Shown: positions 28,561-41,475 of the stretch, one piece after another
Numbering within the stretch: the first letter of the stretch is position 1
How the letters are laid out: each line of letters starts with the position of its first letter
Source of the DNA: Sminthopsis crassicaudata
Taxonomy: Eukaryota
Reading direction: 5' to 3'
Assembly: GCF_048593235.1 (NCBI RefSeq)
Contig: NC_133618.1
Location: 498,003,675-498,067,674, forward strand
Length of the DNA: 64,000 bases
Notes under the pieces: model-generated
The model's input: the letters and a program-made list of their open reading frames with translations, nothing else
Databases searched by the model: none
Told to the model about the DNA's origin: nothing
Position numbers and translations under genes: made by a program

Positions 28561-31500
28561 GGCCACAGGTTACCTTTTGCTGTGTGACTTTAGACCCTTT
28601 TCTGTACCTGCTGCTTTGTTAATGAGGATATCTTGCCTACCAGAAGACGCTTCCCTCCCGAGTTTCGTGATTTCCCCCGAGAAGCCATTTGCCCTTCAGA
28701 GTGCAGCTCTCCCTTTCCTGAACCCCCATCGTGTTAGAACACTTCCACTTCTGCCTTGTACAGTTTAATCTTTCTCTTGCCCCCAACCCACCTGTCTGCC
28801 TAATTATCTGTCCACAGCTTTCAGCATGGGCAGGATGCCATAGCCAAAGGGGAATGGGAAAAGGCTGTAATCTCTTTCTCCAAATCCATCAACCTCAATC
28901 CCCACATGGTGAGAATGGGAAAAAATGGAGAGGGCAAAACTCTTTCCTCCCCCACAAAACCCTTTTGCTCTCCCCTCCCAGCCAAGGATTGGGGCTGACC
29001 GTGGGCCTCCCCAGAACCCTAAGGATAAGACAATTTTCTGCCAATCCCCCTATTGGGCCCATGGATTCCTTGGTACCTTCTACACTGGTCCCCATCCCCT
29101 ATTGGACTTTGTTCCATCTCCTAACAAATCCTCTAGACCATGTTAGACCAGAGGATCTCAGAAGTTCTTCTTTTACGTGGGATTCAGTGAGCCTGGTGCA
29201 AATTTTGCAATGTGGGCTGGACTAGATTTGCCTGAACCAAGTAAAAACCAGCTTTCCCTGGGTGTCTTCTCTTCCCTTCCCCCCCCCACAGGTGGAATCC
29301 TATGTGTTTCGGGCTGAGGCTTTTCTCCAGCTATGTGACTTCGCTTCAGCTGCCCAGAATCTTCGAAAGGCTACCTTGTTAGCCCCACACCAACAGGAGT
29401 TTATGGAGCGATTGTGCTTTGTCCTGTATCTGCAGGTGGGTTGCCCAGTCCTCCTAGGGGACAGGGAACCACCTCTTCTGTCTCCTTCCTGAGAGGCAGA
29501 GGGTGCTGGGGACTTCAGGCTTTCTGGCTTGCCTCTCTAATCATCAGTTTCTGTCTCACTCTGTCCTGTGCTTATCACCCTGTTCCACCTCTCACTCTCT
29601 CTTAGTCTCTTTCCCCTGTACCAATATGTTTCTTTTTCTCCTTTTCTCGATCTCTTCTCATTTCTCTCTCTGTGACTCTCCTGGTCACCTCTTTGTCTCT
29701 CCCCATCTGAGTTTTTGTTCCTTTCAGTCTCTGTGTCTCCTTGCTTCTTCATCTCTCTTTTTCCATTTCATACACCTCTCAGTATATCCAGCTGTCTGGG
29801 AGGAGAACAGAGCACATGTGTTTGCCTGTCTCCTCACCAGGGCCAGTGTCTCTATGAACATCATTCGTACATGAAAGCCTTAGACCTGTTCACCCAGGCT
29901 TCGGAGCTGCAGCCTCTTAACCCCTCCTACCGCTTTCGCAGGTGACCCTGGGGTTCTTCAGGCCTTGAGGGAGGAGGGAGGCAGGGAATAGGGCCGGGAA
30001 AGAAGTCTCCCTCACTGTGGAAGCCTCCCTTCACCTTATTCTAGCATTGCTTGCCTTTTGGCCATGAAACAACATGAGCAATGCCTCCAGATGATCACAA
30101 AAGAGTTGAAGCAGAATCCCAATGCTGATGCCTTCATCTTCCGAGCTCGACTCTATAACTACTTCCTAAAGGTAGAACCCAAACCAACCCTCTCCTCCAT
30201 AGGTGGGATGAAACATCACTTAGCATTGGATGAGAATGGCCCTCAGCCCTCTAAGATCAGGATGGACAGGGAGTTCAGGGACTCTGCTATTCCCAAATCT
30301 TTCTGGAAAAGTCAAGGAAATCAATCCCCAGGACCACAGCTTTACTCTCAGCCCCCACCCCAGCCAGTTTAGAATGTAGTTAGCTTGAAAGGTAGTAATA
30401 TTAAGTGAGATTAAGCTTAAATTAAGCTGAGGAGTTGTAGTTTGTCCTAAAGGCAGTAGGGAGTCAATGAAGGCTTTTCAGTAGGGGAATGCTATATACT
30501 CAGACCTCTGCTTTGTAAATAAAAATTTGGCAACGATGTAGAGGAATTCAAGTCAGAGAGGGAAGAAACAAACTTGGGGTCTGATTAGGAAGTTGTTGCA
30601 GTAGGTCCACAGTAGGTCTGAAAAATGAAGTCTGGATTAGAGTAGGAGGCCCTTTAAGCAAAGGGAAAGGGACAGATTTGAAAGGTATTTTGGTAGTAGA
30701 AGTGACAAGATTTGGCAACTGAGTGAATTTGAAATGTAAAGGAGAAGTGAGTCAGGAATGACTCCAAGGTTATAATAGCTTACCCTTTCGAGGTTTACAA
30801 ATCACTTTAACAACAATGATCCCCACTTTATAGGGGAGGAAACTTAAGACAGATTTCTGACAAGTTCAGTGATCTTTCCACTGCCTAGTGGAGTATTTCT
30901 AAATTACTGTGGGTTGGGCTATGGTCTAAGATGCAGAAGATTTGCTGGACCAGGGATCAGGAGTCCTGAATGTAATCCTGCCTCTGCCCTGAACTCAGCA
31001 TGACTTATGGGCAAGCTGCTGTTCCCCATTGCCTTCTTTATAAAACCAAGGTGCTGATACTTGGTGGTCTCCGAGGTGCCATCCTTCCCTAACATTCTGA
31101 TGAATCAGCTCATTGTGATTCTGATTTGCCTCATTCTGAGGCAGCAATGCAAGGTATGGTGGCTGACCAAAGTGCTGGACAGACCAGAAGCTCAAGAACC
31201 CCCTCAGATCCTAGCTGTGCCAGCTTGAGTCATTTAGCCTCTTTCTGCCCAAGTTACCTAATTGATTGATTGGGAATTATAAAAGCACTTACCTTAGAGG
31301 GTTGATGTGACTGTTTGCCTCAGTTTCCTCATTTGTAAAATGAGATGGAGCAAGAAATAGCAAATACTTCAGTATCTTTACCAAAAAAAACCCAAATGGG
31401 GACACAAAGTTGGATACAGTTGAAAAACGACAACAGCACTTTATAACGAAGAGCTATATAAATATTAGCTACATTCTAACCCACGAATGTCAAGGATAAA

Positions 31501-34500
31501 GCCATTCCTATAGCTCAGCCCAGCTGGCACTTTGGTCAGAGTACAGGACACAAAACTGGGGTATAGAGAAAGCATCCCTGACCATTCAGGTGAGTGATTC
31601 TTGCTCCACTCCCCACCCCTGCTGGCAGCCGAATCAGTGTTACCAGGATCTGCATAGAGCTCTCAGCATTCAGCCTGAGCACCCCGAGGCCAACACTTTG
31701 CTGGAAAAATTGTTGGTTCAGGCCAAGAAGGTCCAGGAGGAAGCAATGATAGCTGCCTTGAAGGGGAACTTGGAGGATTCTTTGATCCGAATCAACTGTG
31801 CCATTGAGAACAACCCAATGGACCCTGGCTACTACTTATTCAGGTATAATTACAATAGTGGTGATAGTAGTACAAATTAATAATAATGATAATTTATTAT
31901 TTTAATAATAATAAAGGGGGTAGCTAGGTGGTACAACGGATAGTATGTTGGGCCTGAAATCAGGAAGATAAGTTCAAATCTGGTTGAAGGCACTTCCTAG
32001 CTGTCTGATTGTAAGCAAATCACTTAATTATGTCATTAATCTTCATTTTTTTCTCTGTAAAATGAGCTGGAAAAGAAAATAACAAGTCACTTGAGTATCT
32101 TTGCCAAAAAAAATCTTCCCCACCAAAAAAATGGTTATGAAGACTCAGGTATGATTGAAAACAACTGAATGACAAATAATGGTAATGAAAGAATGATGGT
32201 AGCTGGCTTTTGGATATAGCTCTTTAACTTATATAAAGCCCTGTGCAAATATTACTTCAGTTTATCTTTATAATAACCTCATGAGATGAGTATTCCCATT
32301 TTATAAATGAATAAACTGAGGCAAACAATGCTCAAGTGAATTGTCTAGAGACTATATACATGGCTAGTAAGGATCTATGGTAGAATTTGAATGACTCCAG
32401 GTCCCACTCCATTGTGTCACCCTACTGCCAATAACAATTGCTGGCATTTATCTAGTGCTTTATATGAAGTTTTTGCTAATACCTTATATATATTTTGCAT
32501 TTACGTATACCTGAATGTGTTATTTTCCCCCTAGTTTTAGATACACACACACATACACACACCCCACTACTACCTCCTTCATCCCTACCTCCATAAAATA
32601 TAAACATTTTTCCTAATTTAAATTTATTTAATATTCTCCCCAGTTGCATTTAAAACAATATTTTTACATTTGTCTTTTAAACTTTTGAATTCTGATTCTC
32701 TCCTTTATCCCTACCCAAAACCTTGTTAAGAAACCACATGTGAAGTTAGACAAAATATTTCCATAAGAATTATGTTGTAAAAGAAAACATAGATCTCCCA
32801 CACTAATTTTAAAAACCCTCAAGAAAAATAAAGAGGGAATGCATCAATCTGTATTCAGATACAGTTATTTCTGTGGGTATGGATAGGATTTTTCATCCTA
32901 AATCCTTCCGAATAGTTTGGATCATTGTACTGCTGAGAATAGTAAAATCAGAGCTGGCCATCCCAGAATATAAACATCTTGAGGGCACTGAGTGTTTTTG
33001 TTTTTTGTCTTTATATTCCCAATGCCCAACCAGAATATAGTAAACACTGGCTAAATGATTGCTTGTGGACTGGTTGACAAGGGTGCCAGGTTTACTTAGC
33101 CTGACAACAATCCCATCCTTATTCACCCTTACAGAGGAGGAAACGGGGCTGAACATGGCCAAGTGGCCCAGCTGGTCTGTATATGAGTGACTCTGCCCAC
33201 TGGGCCACAGTAAGCCCAAGTGCGGTTTTGTCAGATGGGGAGGAAGGGGGAGCAGAACTCCCAAAGACCCCAGCGCATTTGTGCTGGGGAGGAATCCCTG
33301 GGATATGTTGTCTGATGAATCCCTGGGGCTGGAGGGGAGGAGAGGAGCACAACTCAGGCAGTTGTTGTAGAGCCCCTGGCCAGGGAGTCTACAAAGTCTG
33401 TGCCTTTGCCACTAATGTCCTGTGTGACCCGGGACCAAAGGTCACATCATTGATGGTCCCTTTACTCCTGTATAAAATGAGCAGGTTGGGCTCAGTTCCA
33501 TTGAGATGAACAAACATTCTGCTCTTGGGCCTACCAAGATGAAATCTGATAGTGCACCTCCATCCCAGGTCCTAAAGCTCAAAGCAAGGTGGTGGATACA
33601 TTCCATCCCCAGAGAGAATAAGATGGGATAGAGGGGGAGAAGGCAACAGGAGATCTGTTACTCTGGGCCAGATGAGTCACTGAGCCCCCTCCAGCTGTGA
33701 CAGGCTGGACTTGGTGCCTTTGATATGGAAAGATGAGGGCGAGTCTGAGGGCCTGTGGGAGATGGATGGTTCAGAGAGGCCTGCTGCCTGAAGGAAGGTG
33801 AGTTGGCTCCCTGTCTCCTCTCCTGCCAGGGGCACTCTGTTTCGGAGACTCAAGGACTTTGATGCAGCCATTGAAGACTTTGTCAAGGCCCTGGAGTTAA
33901 GCCCAGAGAGTGAGGATAACGAGGTTGCCAGGCAGGCCCAGCGCCAGCTGCTGCTCACGTACAACGACTTTGCCGTCTTCTGCTATACCAAGTGTGCCTA
34001 CGAAGAAGGCGTGTTGCTCCTCAACAAGGCCCTACGGGGTGAAAAAAAAGAGAAGGGGATCTATATCAACAGAGGGGGTGAGCTGAGGATCCTCCGGGGG
34101 GCTGGCTTGGAGATGCAGAATTCAAAGGGACTCCCTCGTTACAAATCTTGAGGACCTAAGGGCCCAGATAAGCAGAGGGGGCTCCAGATGCAGTTCTGCT
34201 AGGCCCAAATCCAAGTCACTTATATGCTGCTAACTGAACAGGCAGCTCTCGCCTTTGTAAAGGCCCAGCTCTTTGGCCTCCAGGAGATAGCTGTCTCCCC
34301 GCCTCTCTACCTTGTCCTTGTCCTTGCTAGCAGGCCCATTCCCTCATCTCTCATCCCTGGAGGAGTTCACCCTTACTTCGCCTTGGTTCCTGACTTCCTC
34401 CTCTCCTAGAAAGTCCTTCCTTCTCCCTTCTTCTTCTCTTAAGTCTTACAAGGCCCAGCTCACAATCTACTTCATCTAGGAAGCCCTCTCCAAGGAACCT

Positions 34501-37500
34501 CCTAGTTCTCCTTCAGAATTATAGCACTTAGTGGCATGCTATTGGGGGCTTTGCCTGCTAGTAGTGTCTTCATCACTGTGGGGCTCCCCGTTGTAGTGAA
34601 CAGACTGTGCCTGTCACCTGGAAACCAGCCCTGGGTAGGCCCTCTCAAAGACACAGAGGCGCTGCAATTTGCATCCATGGAAATGGCCTGGATAATGAAA
34701 TCACAGATCCCGAGAGTGCGAGTAATTTGCTCTTCCTTATCAAAACATCTGTCTTTGGGGATAGGTGTTTAGAGGGGAAGAGGGTGCCCACACCCAGAGC
34801 CTTTTCAAGAAGAAAATTCTCTCTAATAATCAGGATTGATATTTGCTCTCTAATTTATAATTTTATAAAACTAAATTAAAATTGAGAAGTCACCCAGCCA
34901 GGATATCCCTGCTCCCAAAGCCAGCTCTTTGTCAATTGCCTCTTATACATACAGCTTTACATTATTTGCCTTAATAGAAGGAAGAGATACACACAGTACA
35001 AAACAATAGATGATCAAAAAATCAGTTGTATTTGGCTTTGGGAATGGGGCTAGGTTCAGATATCACAAGCCCTCAGCCTACACTTAACTTTTTCCCTAGC
35101 TGACCTGCCCAAGACACCCCACAGCTTGATGGAATCTGAGGGGGGAGATAGGGGTGACAAAGGCCCTCAGGATGATTCCTATGGGCCAAGTCCAAGTGGA
35201 TGGAGGGGTGGGCAAATAAGGCACTAGGAAGAGATGAGCAGAATCCCAATTGGGAGGTGAGTGGATTATGCTTGAAAGGGCTGAGATGAGCTGCTCAGTG
35301 TGCGAAGGAGGAAGATGTGGCACATGGGTCAGATGAAGAGATCAGGTGGTTCCCTTCCCTCTCTGCCTTCCCTTCTAGATTGTTTCTTCAAACTTGGAGA
35401 ACTGACCTTTGCTGAAGCTGATTACCTGGAGGCACTGACACTGTGTCCTGGGGACCAGGGTGCTCGATACCGCATGGGAATGGTTCAGGAGAAGCTGGGG
35501 CTTCGCAAGCTTCAGCTGAGGTGTGTGACAACATCTGTGATGATGCTCAAGGAAGAGCCATTGGCCAAAGGGTCTTCACAAGCCCTCTCTCCAGGACGAT
35601 TCAGTCTGGCATTGAGTTAGCCAGGCAAATACCTAGGTAACCTTTGAGGTGTGGGAGTAGGGGCCTAGCCACCTGCTAACTTTTAGTGGTTTCCAGTAAC
35701 TGCTTAAGGCACAAGAGCTTGCTGTGTCCCCTTCTCATTCTATACTCACTCTTGCAAAGGTGCTCAACACCTGCTTGAGAAGCCTAAACTTCAGCTTTCT
35801 AGTTCAACTAATTTGGGATAGTGTGCAGGACTTAAAGTCAGGAGGACTTGGGTTCAAATCCTGCCTCTTATTTACCAGTGGGTGAATGTGGACAAGTCAT
35901 TTATCCCTGCTTAAGCCTGTTTGCTTATCTATAAAAAGAGAGGGCTGGACTTGAAGACTTCTAAAGTCCCTTTCAGCTCTAATAAATATGTGGTCTTCTA
36001 ATTAAGCAATAATAAAGCCTCATTCTGGAAGCTGGAGAGAAAAAGATGAAAAGTGAGATAATCCTTGCCCTCAAGGAGTTTATCATCTATTTGCTCCTGT
36101 GCAGGATAACTGCTTCTTCCCTTTTTACCCCTTCCAAATTTCCATCTGTTCCCTTCTCCTTTTCTTCAAGGTTTCTTCCATGAAATCTTCATTGAAACTA
36201 CCCTTTGATTTCTCTTGACATTTCATTAACTCCCTTATGTTACAGTTTATGTATGTACTTGTTTTTCCTGCCCCTATCCTTACCAATACCATCATTGGAT
36301 TCCAAGTTTCTCAAGAGCAGAGCATGTGTCATTTCTGTCTATATCTTCAATGTTTAGCACAATTCATGTGCTAGCATAATGCTTTGCAATGTAAGTAGGC
36401 AGAATTTTAATATTTGATTTGAATTGAATAGGGGGGATAAAACAAAAAATCACAAACTGGAGTGTAGTGCTCATTGACTCTCTTCTCACTAGAGTCAATT
36501 ATAAGGTTGAGAGAGAGAATATTTGAGAAAAGCTTCTGAGTTCCTGAGGCAGAAGGTGCTATAAAAAAAACTTGGGGACCATTGAGTTGAAAGCCATCCT
36601 AGAGATTATCCTATTCAACCCATCTATTTCAGAGAGGAAATAGGCTTAAAGAAGGGAAGAGATTTGCTCAGAATTATAGACAGAGCCATGAATAGAATCT
36701 CATCTCCCATCTGTCACTCGAATATATTTCCTCCCCCCCCCCTTTTTTTTTTCCCCTGAAGCACTTGGGGTTAAGTGACTTGCCCAGGGTCACACAGCTA
36801 AAAGTGTTAAGTGTCTAAATCCTGACTTGAACTCAGGTCCTCTTGACTTCAGGGCTGATGCTCTATCCCCTGGGCTAGCTAGCTGCCCCTCTTTTTTTCC
36901 CCCCCTCTTAATATGTTTTTTTTTTTTAAATCAGTCCTACATGTCTCTAACCTGGCCAATAAGAGTCCTTCCTTATAATAGATAAGACAGTGAAACAAAC
37001 TAGATCAGCATATTGATCAACACATTGATCAAATCTGAAAATAGGTCTTCATTCTGTACTTATTGTCTTTAATTTCATTTTCTATGCTGCCATTTTAATG
37101 TTTCTCTCTCAAAGCTGTGCACAGATCTAATAAAAAGATAAACAAAAGGGGAAAAATATGAAACCGAACAAACTTGGGGAAATTAGAGCTACAATTAAGG
37201 TGTTAACTTTTTTTTTCTTTGTATTCTTTTTTATTATTATAGCTTTTTGTTGACAAAACATATGTATAGGTAACTTTTCAACATTAACCCTTACAAAAAT
37301 TTCTGTTTAAGGTGTTAACTTAAAATTCTCATTATTACATGGTACTTTTTCTTATAAAAGTAGACCATGTGCTAAGGCATATTAAACACATTCTTTACAG
37401 ATTATAGTATAATAAAAATAGCATTTAACATAGAAATCAAAAAGATTTAGACCTAAATGAGACTTGTGAATGACATCCTGTGTGTGTAAAAGAACAAATC

Positions 37501-40071
37501 ATATTTTTCTTGTGCAGCATGATAAATGTGAAAATAATGTTTAGAGGAATTGCATATTTAACTTAATAATGAATTACTTGCTGTCTAGGAGGCTGGGGTG
37601 GGGGGGAAGAGGAGGGAAAGAGAAAGAGGAACACAAGCTTTTGCAAAGGTGAATGTTGAAAACTATCTCTGCATGGATTTTGAAAAATAAGAAGCTATTA
37701 AAAAATAAGAGAGGAGTGGACTTATTGGCCACTAACATCTCTTCTATCTTAAGGGAAAAAAAAGAACAAATCATAGAAATGGTTTATAACAATGTGAGAA
37801 GGAATAATATTAAAACCACAGTTTCTGGGATTTGTCTAAAGCATTTCTCAGAGGAAAGAAAATATTAACGAAATAATAGAGGACAAATTAATTTTTCTGC
37901 TACCTACCAAGTGATGCTGCTACTGATGATGATTCTAGGACCAGGGGCTGAGGAGCCTCCTGTTAGGCCTAACAGTTTCTTATATCAGAGCTCTCTAGGT
38001 ATGAAGCACACAGACTAGGGTTAGTATTCATGCTTGCATTCAAACATGCCTCCACTGGCTCTCACAAAGATTGATTCTTCCCACTATTTCTAGGCAATAC
38101 CACAAGGCCGAAAAACACTTCACTTCAGCCATTGAGTACAACCCAGAGAGGGCAAACTTATACCTCCTCCGAGCAAGGAGCCGCCTAGTGCTGCAGGATA
38201 TCTTTGGGGCTCGCCAGGATGTTGTCACCATGCTGCTCCTCAACCCCAAACACCCTCAGGTGGGCTGTGCACACCTGCCTGCCTCCAACCTGGACTAATT
38301 CCATGCTCTTCAACCACTTAAGGCACTTAATCTGTGCAAGGCACTGTAGTTGGTACTGAGAATACAAAGATTTTTTTTAAAAATTATATAAATTGTATCC
38401 TTAAAGTGCTTATACTCTTAATGGGGAACATGACCATATTTAAATAAGTATGAGTGATCAGGAAAGGAAAAGATGTAGGAAAGTGTTTTATGAAAGTTTG
38501 AAGAGGGAAACTTTTATTCCTTCATAGCAATTGTGATTAGTGGAGGAGAACAAAGGTGGAGATTAGTCACTAAAACAATGTGCATTTCCTATAGATTTTA
38601 AATGTTAGATATGACTGTTCTAGTAACACTTGACGATAAAGGATTGTTCTTTCAAGTTCACAAGTTGTGCAGGAAGAGTCTGATTTCCTCAGGCCAAACT
38701 TGGAGAACCCAAATCTGGATCTCTCAGTTCACCCTTTCTCTCTTCCTCATAGCTGGTCCCTATGATGGCAAACCTATTCCCTGGGCAGTCTACAGAGTCC
38801 GTGCTGAACAGCAAGACAATGGTGATGGCCAAAACTGTCCTGGAGCGGGCGATGCAGAACCAGCTCCAGAATGTCCAGGATGTCCTGGGGTTAGTATCAA
38901 CTCTGGGGAGTTACCCATAGGGCAAGGCTAGAGGGGAAGGAGGTGGTGTAAAAGTGGAGGAATTGGGTTTCTTGCGGGAGAAAATGGGGGTCTTGAGCTC
39001 ATAATTAGACATTTTGGGGACATCTATAAACTGAATAGCAGGGCTAATTCCAACACCGTCCATGTTTATGTAGATAAAATCTGGTCCAAACACATGCCTA
39101 GGCGAATCTTGAGTGGGCAAGAGGTGGCCAGTAAACTCTGTGAATGTCACTGACCTTTTCCTTCCTGCAGATTACTGAACAAGAGTCCTTCCAGGGAGGA
39201 AGTTACAGGGCCGTGTCCTAACACTGAAGAAGCGGAGCTCCAGGAGGATGTTTCTAGGATTTCCATAGTAGAGACCCAGGTGGAGGTGGAAGGCTTTGCT
39301 CCCTGGGACCTCACACCTTACAGATTTCAGACCTTGGGAGGGAGGATGACCTTTGTTTCCCAGCTCCATCATTCATCTAGGATTGGGTTGGTAGAGGTGT
39401 TGATACACTCCACTAACATCCCACTCTCTTAACTGGTCATGGTGTGGAAGTGACAATGGGCTCTCTGAGGCTGACTGGCAGGATCTGCCAAGCTGGAAAG
39501 ATTTCAGTAGAGGCCCAGCAGCAGCCTGTCTGCCTGTCATCCAAGGGCTGGTCTAGTTACATTTCTAACAGCTTAAATACCAGCTAAAGTAAAAGGCATT
39601 TTCAAAATCACTGCATCTGTAAGTCACAGTGGATTATCAAGTCATAATTTTATGCCATTAGTTTAAACTCCACCTGCTTGGGGAGAGATTAAACACACAT
39701 AGTTGCAGAACTGGAGATCCTTGACACAGACATTGAGAGGAGGGTGGCCAGAATAGGGAAGGCCTGAAAACAAACAAAAATCCTCCATCTGGGACTGATG
39801 AAAAAAGAGAGGACTTAGCTAGGGACATGGGGGGGGGGGAACCTTCAAATATCTGAGGGCTGTCACATGGGAGTATGTCCCCCTGCCTTGGGGAAGAGGG
39901 TTGTGGGACTAGCTGGTTTTCCAGCTAAGACTCTGTGGTTCCTTAAGGATGAGAATTTGACGGAGGGCAGCCTAAAGCAAGCAGTGAGTCAAGAAGTAAA
40001 TCAAGAAGTGAGTCAAGAAGTGAGTCAAGAGGAGGAAGCTAGAAGCTCCCCAAGGGACCAAACTTCTCTAG
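28333..40071 (+). CDS. TTC16: Tetratricopeptide repeat protein 16 (TPR core confident; 3' end unresolved, >=582 aa)
   Basis: Exons 28333-28475, 28818-28908, 29292-29435, 29841-29941, 30045-30171, 31629-31843, 33830-34077, 35379-35520, 38094-38259, 38753-38889, 39171-39279, 39948-40071; phases chain correctly. Peptides IFGTS.VF, RAEAFLQLCDF, RARLYNY, AQRQLLLTYNDFAV, YINRGDCFF and GARQDV match TTC16. The last two exons are supported by splice signals and phase rather than homology. Confidence 0.9.
31915..32420. mobile_element. MIR/MAR1-type SINE cluster (representative; many other MIR fragments occur, e.g. ~835-1010, 6350-6560, 14930-15110, 17140-17340, 18740-18970, 20200-20370, 35810-35990, 59630-59890)
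   Basis: MIR core motifs cctcagtttcctcatctgtaaaatg / gaggaaactgaggc / aggtcacacag recognised repeatedly. Boundaries approximate. Confidence 0.7.
32590..32945 (-). mobile_element. LINE-1 3' fragment, antisense
   Basis: Reverse complement of the L1 3' UTR type seen at 12200-12590 (ggatcattgtactgctgagaatag). Confidence 0.6.
36743..36888 (-). mobile_element. Marsupial core-SINE (WSINE1-like), full length
   Basis: Poly(T), then ggggttaagtgacttgcccagggtcacacagcta..tgaactcaggtcctcttgacttcagggc..gctagctgcccc. Confidence 0.8.
37210..37306 (-). mobile_element. 97-bp LINE-1 tail insertion with perfect 15-bp TSD
   Basis: ttaaggtgttaactt at 37195-37209 and 37307-37321 flanks a poly(T)-headed L1 3' terminus. 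Confidence 0.8.
37430..37705 (+). mobile_element. LINE-1 3' end fragment
   Basis: tttttcttgtgcagcatgata..gaattgcat.tttaac..tttgcaaaggtgaatgttgaaaactatc, homologous to 12390-12570. Confidence 0.75.
39973..40030 (+). repeat. 12-nt coding tandem repeat (GTGAGTCAAGAA)x~4 = VSQE/VNQE in a TTC16 tail exon
   Basis: gcagtgagtcaagaagtaaatcaagaagtgagtcaagaagtgagtcaagag, in frame within exon 39948-40071. Confidence 0.8.
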
Positions 40072-40382
40072 GTAAGCCCTGAGCTGAGGTCTTCCTTACA
40101 AGGAGGGATGGATAGTTCTGAAAGATGGATGGAGCCCTTGTGTCACCAAGGGTCGGTCTGCCCAGAATCAGGCTTGTCCCAGGCATAGTGTTTGCCCCCA
40201 GGCTTGTACTTGACTCACCAAAGCATGTGGTCAGTGGGCCCTTGGCACAATCTCAAATCCCCCTCCCAGACCATAGTGGGGCAAGAAATGGAGACAATAG
40301 AGCCTGGTTGGCTCTACGCATGTTGCACTGCAGGTGGTGAGGCTTTTTGACACACGCTGCCTCATTTGATCCTCACAGTAAT

Positions 40383-40548
40383 TTTGTGGGAGGCCAAGGA
40401 GGGGTTCTTATTCCATTCTACAGATTAAGAAATTAAGGCCCAGAAAAGGAAGATGATCCCAGGTCTTTGTGGGAGGCCAGGGAGGGGTTCTTACCCCATT
40501 CTACAGATTAAGAAATTAAGACCCAGAAAAGGAAGATGATCCCAGGTC
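40383..40548. repeat. Recent 83-bp tandem duplication
   Basis: 40383-40465 vs 40466-40548 differ at 4 of 83 positions; lies in MIR-like sequence. Confidence 0.9.
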
Positions 40549-40708
40549 CAGTGTGGTCTCCACTGTGCCTCACTGTCCCACAAGAAAAGGGACAGCTGTA
40601 GTGCAGAGGGGGCCGGACCTGGGTCCAGAGACCACCACCAGGGGAACCAGGCTCCCTGGGCCCCCGTTTACTCAAGGAATCTATAAAATGTGACCATAGG
40701 ACATTTAG

Positions 40709-41244
40709 GTGTCCAAGAGCTCTTCCAACTCAATCTACAGCCCTCTAAGGTAAGTGCTGCCCATGTTCTCTTTGCCTGACCTTGGTGGAAACAGCCTCAG
40801 AGTAAGTGAAGGGCTGGTCAAGTTTCAGAAGGGGAATTGGAACCCAGCAAGCCTCCTGACTCCAAAGCTGGAGAGCGCTGTGTGGGAGGCCAGTCTGGGG
40901 CAGTGTCCAGATTTTGAGCTGGTGGCAGGGACTCCTGGGTCTTCCTCTGAGCCCTCCTTCTTAAGATGGGAATTCCTGGAAGTCATCTCTTCAAGCCAAG
41001 TAGGGAAAATCAGGTTTGAATGAGGCCTTAGCATTAAACAGAAACTTCTCCTTCTGAGAGACTAAGTGGACCACCAAAAAGAAGCAAGCCTCCTTCACCT
41101 GAATGTACTTTAATGTCTTCCTAGGGCAGACATCTTCCTTGGAGACCAAGATTGCTGACTCAGACCAAAGTGAAAGCAAAACCACAGTGGTCTTTTCCTG
41201 AACTAGTGGGTGACAGCCCTGGCTTCTCTTTTCCCCAACCCTAA
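40709..41244 (+). CDS. TTC16: Candidate terminal coding exon(s) of TTC16 (two alternative models)
   Basis: Model 1: 40071 spliced to 41125-41201 (GQTSSLETKIADSDQSESKTTVVFS*). Model 2: 40709-40749 + 40966-41013 + 41125-41244. Both respect phase and lie upstream of the AATAAA at 41464. Cannot choose between them without RNA data. Confidence 0.4.
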
Positions 41245-41463
41245 TGGGGGCACCGTCCATATCCACCCTTGCATTTTGGAAGGAAAGGGGAAGGTCTGCG
41301 AAATAGACCCCTTGACACTGAATGAAATCCCTCAGCTCCTTTTGCCCTGGGCCTCCAGCCCATCTTCATACCCCATCAGTCCCTGGCCCTTAACCTCCTT
41401 TCTCGAAAGAGCCAAGGTTTCCTTAGAACAAAAATGCCTACACATGCTTTCCTTGGTCCCTTA

Positions 41464-41475
41464 AATAAATTTATT
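41464..41475. terminator. Palindromic bidirectional poly(A) signal AATAAATTTATT shared by convergent TTC16 and TOR2A
   Basis: AATAAA on + at 41464-41469 and on - at 41475-41470. U-rich tracts lie downstream on both strands. Confidence 0.7.

Noticed and set aside
39973-40548. Short spaced repeats considered as CRISPR-like arrays
   Set aside because: Eukaryotic context; these are contiguous tandem repeats without unique spacers or cas genes.
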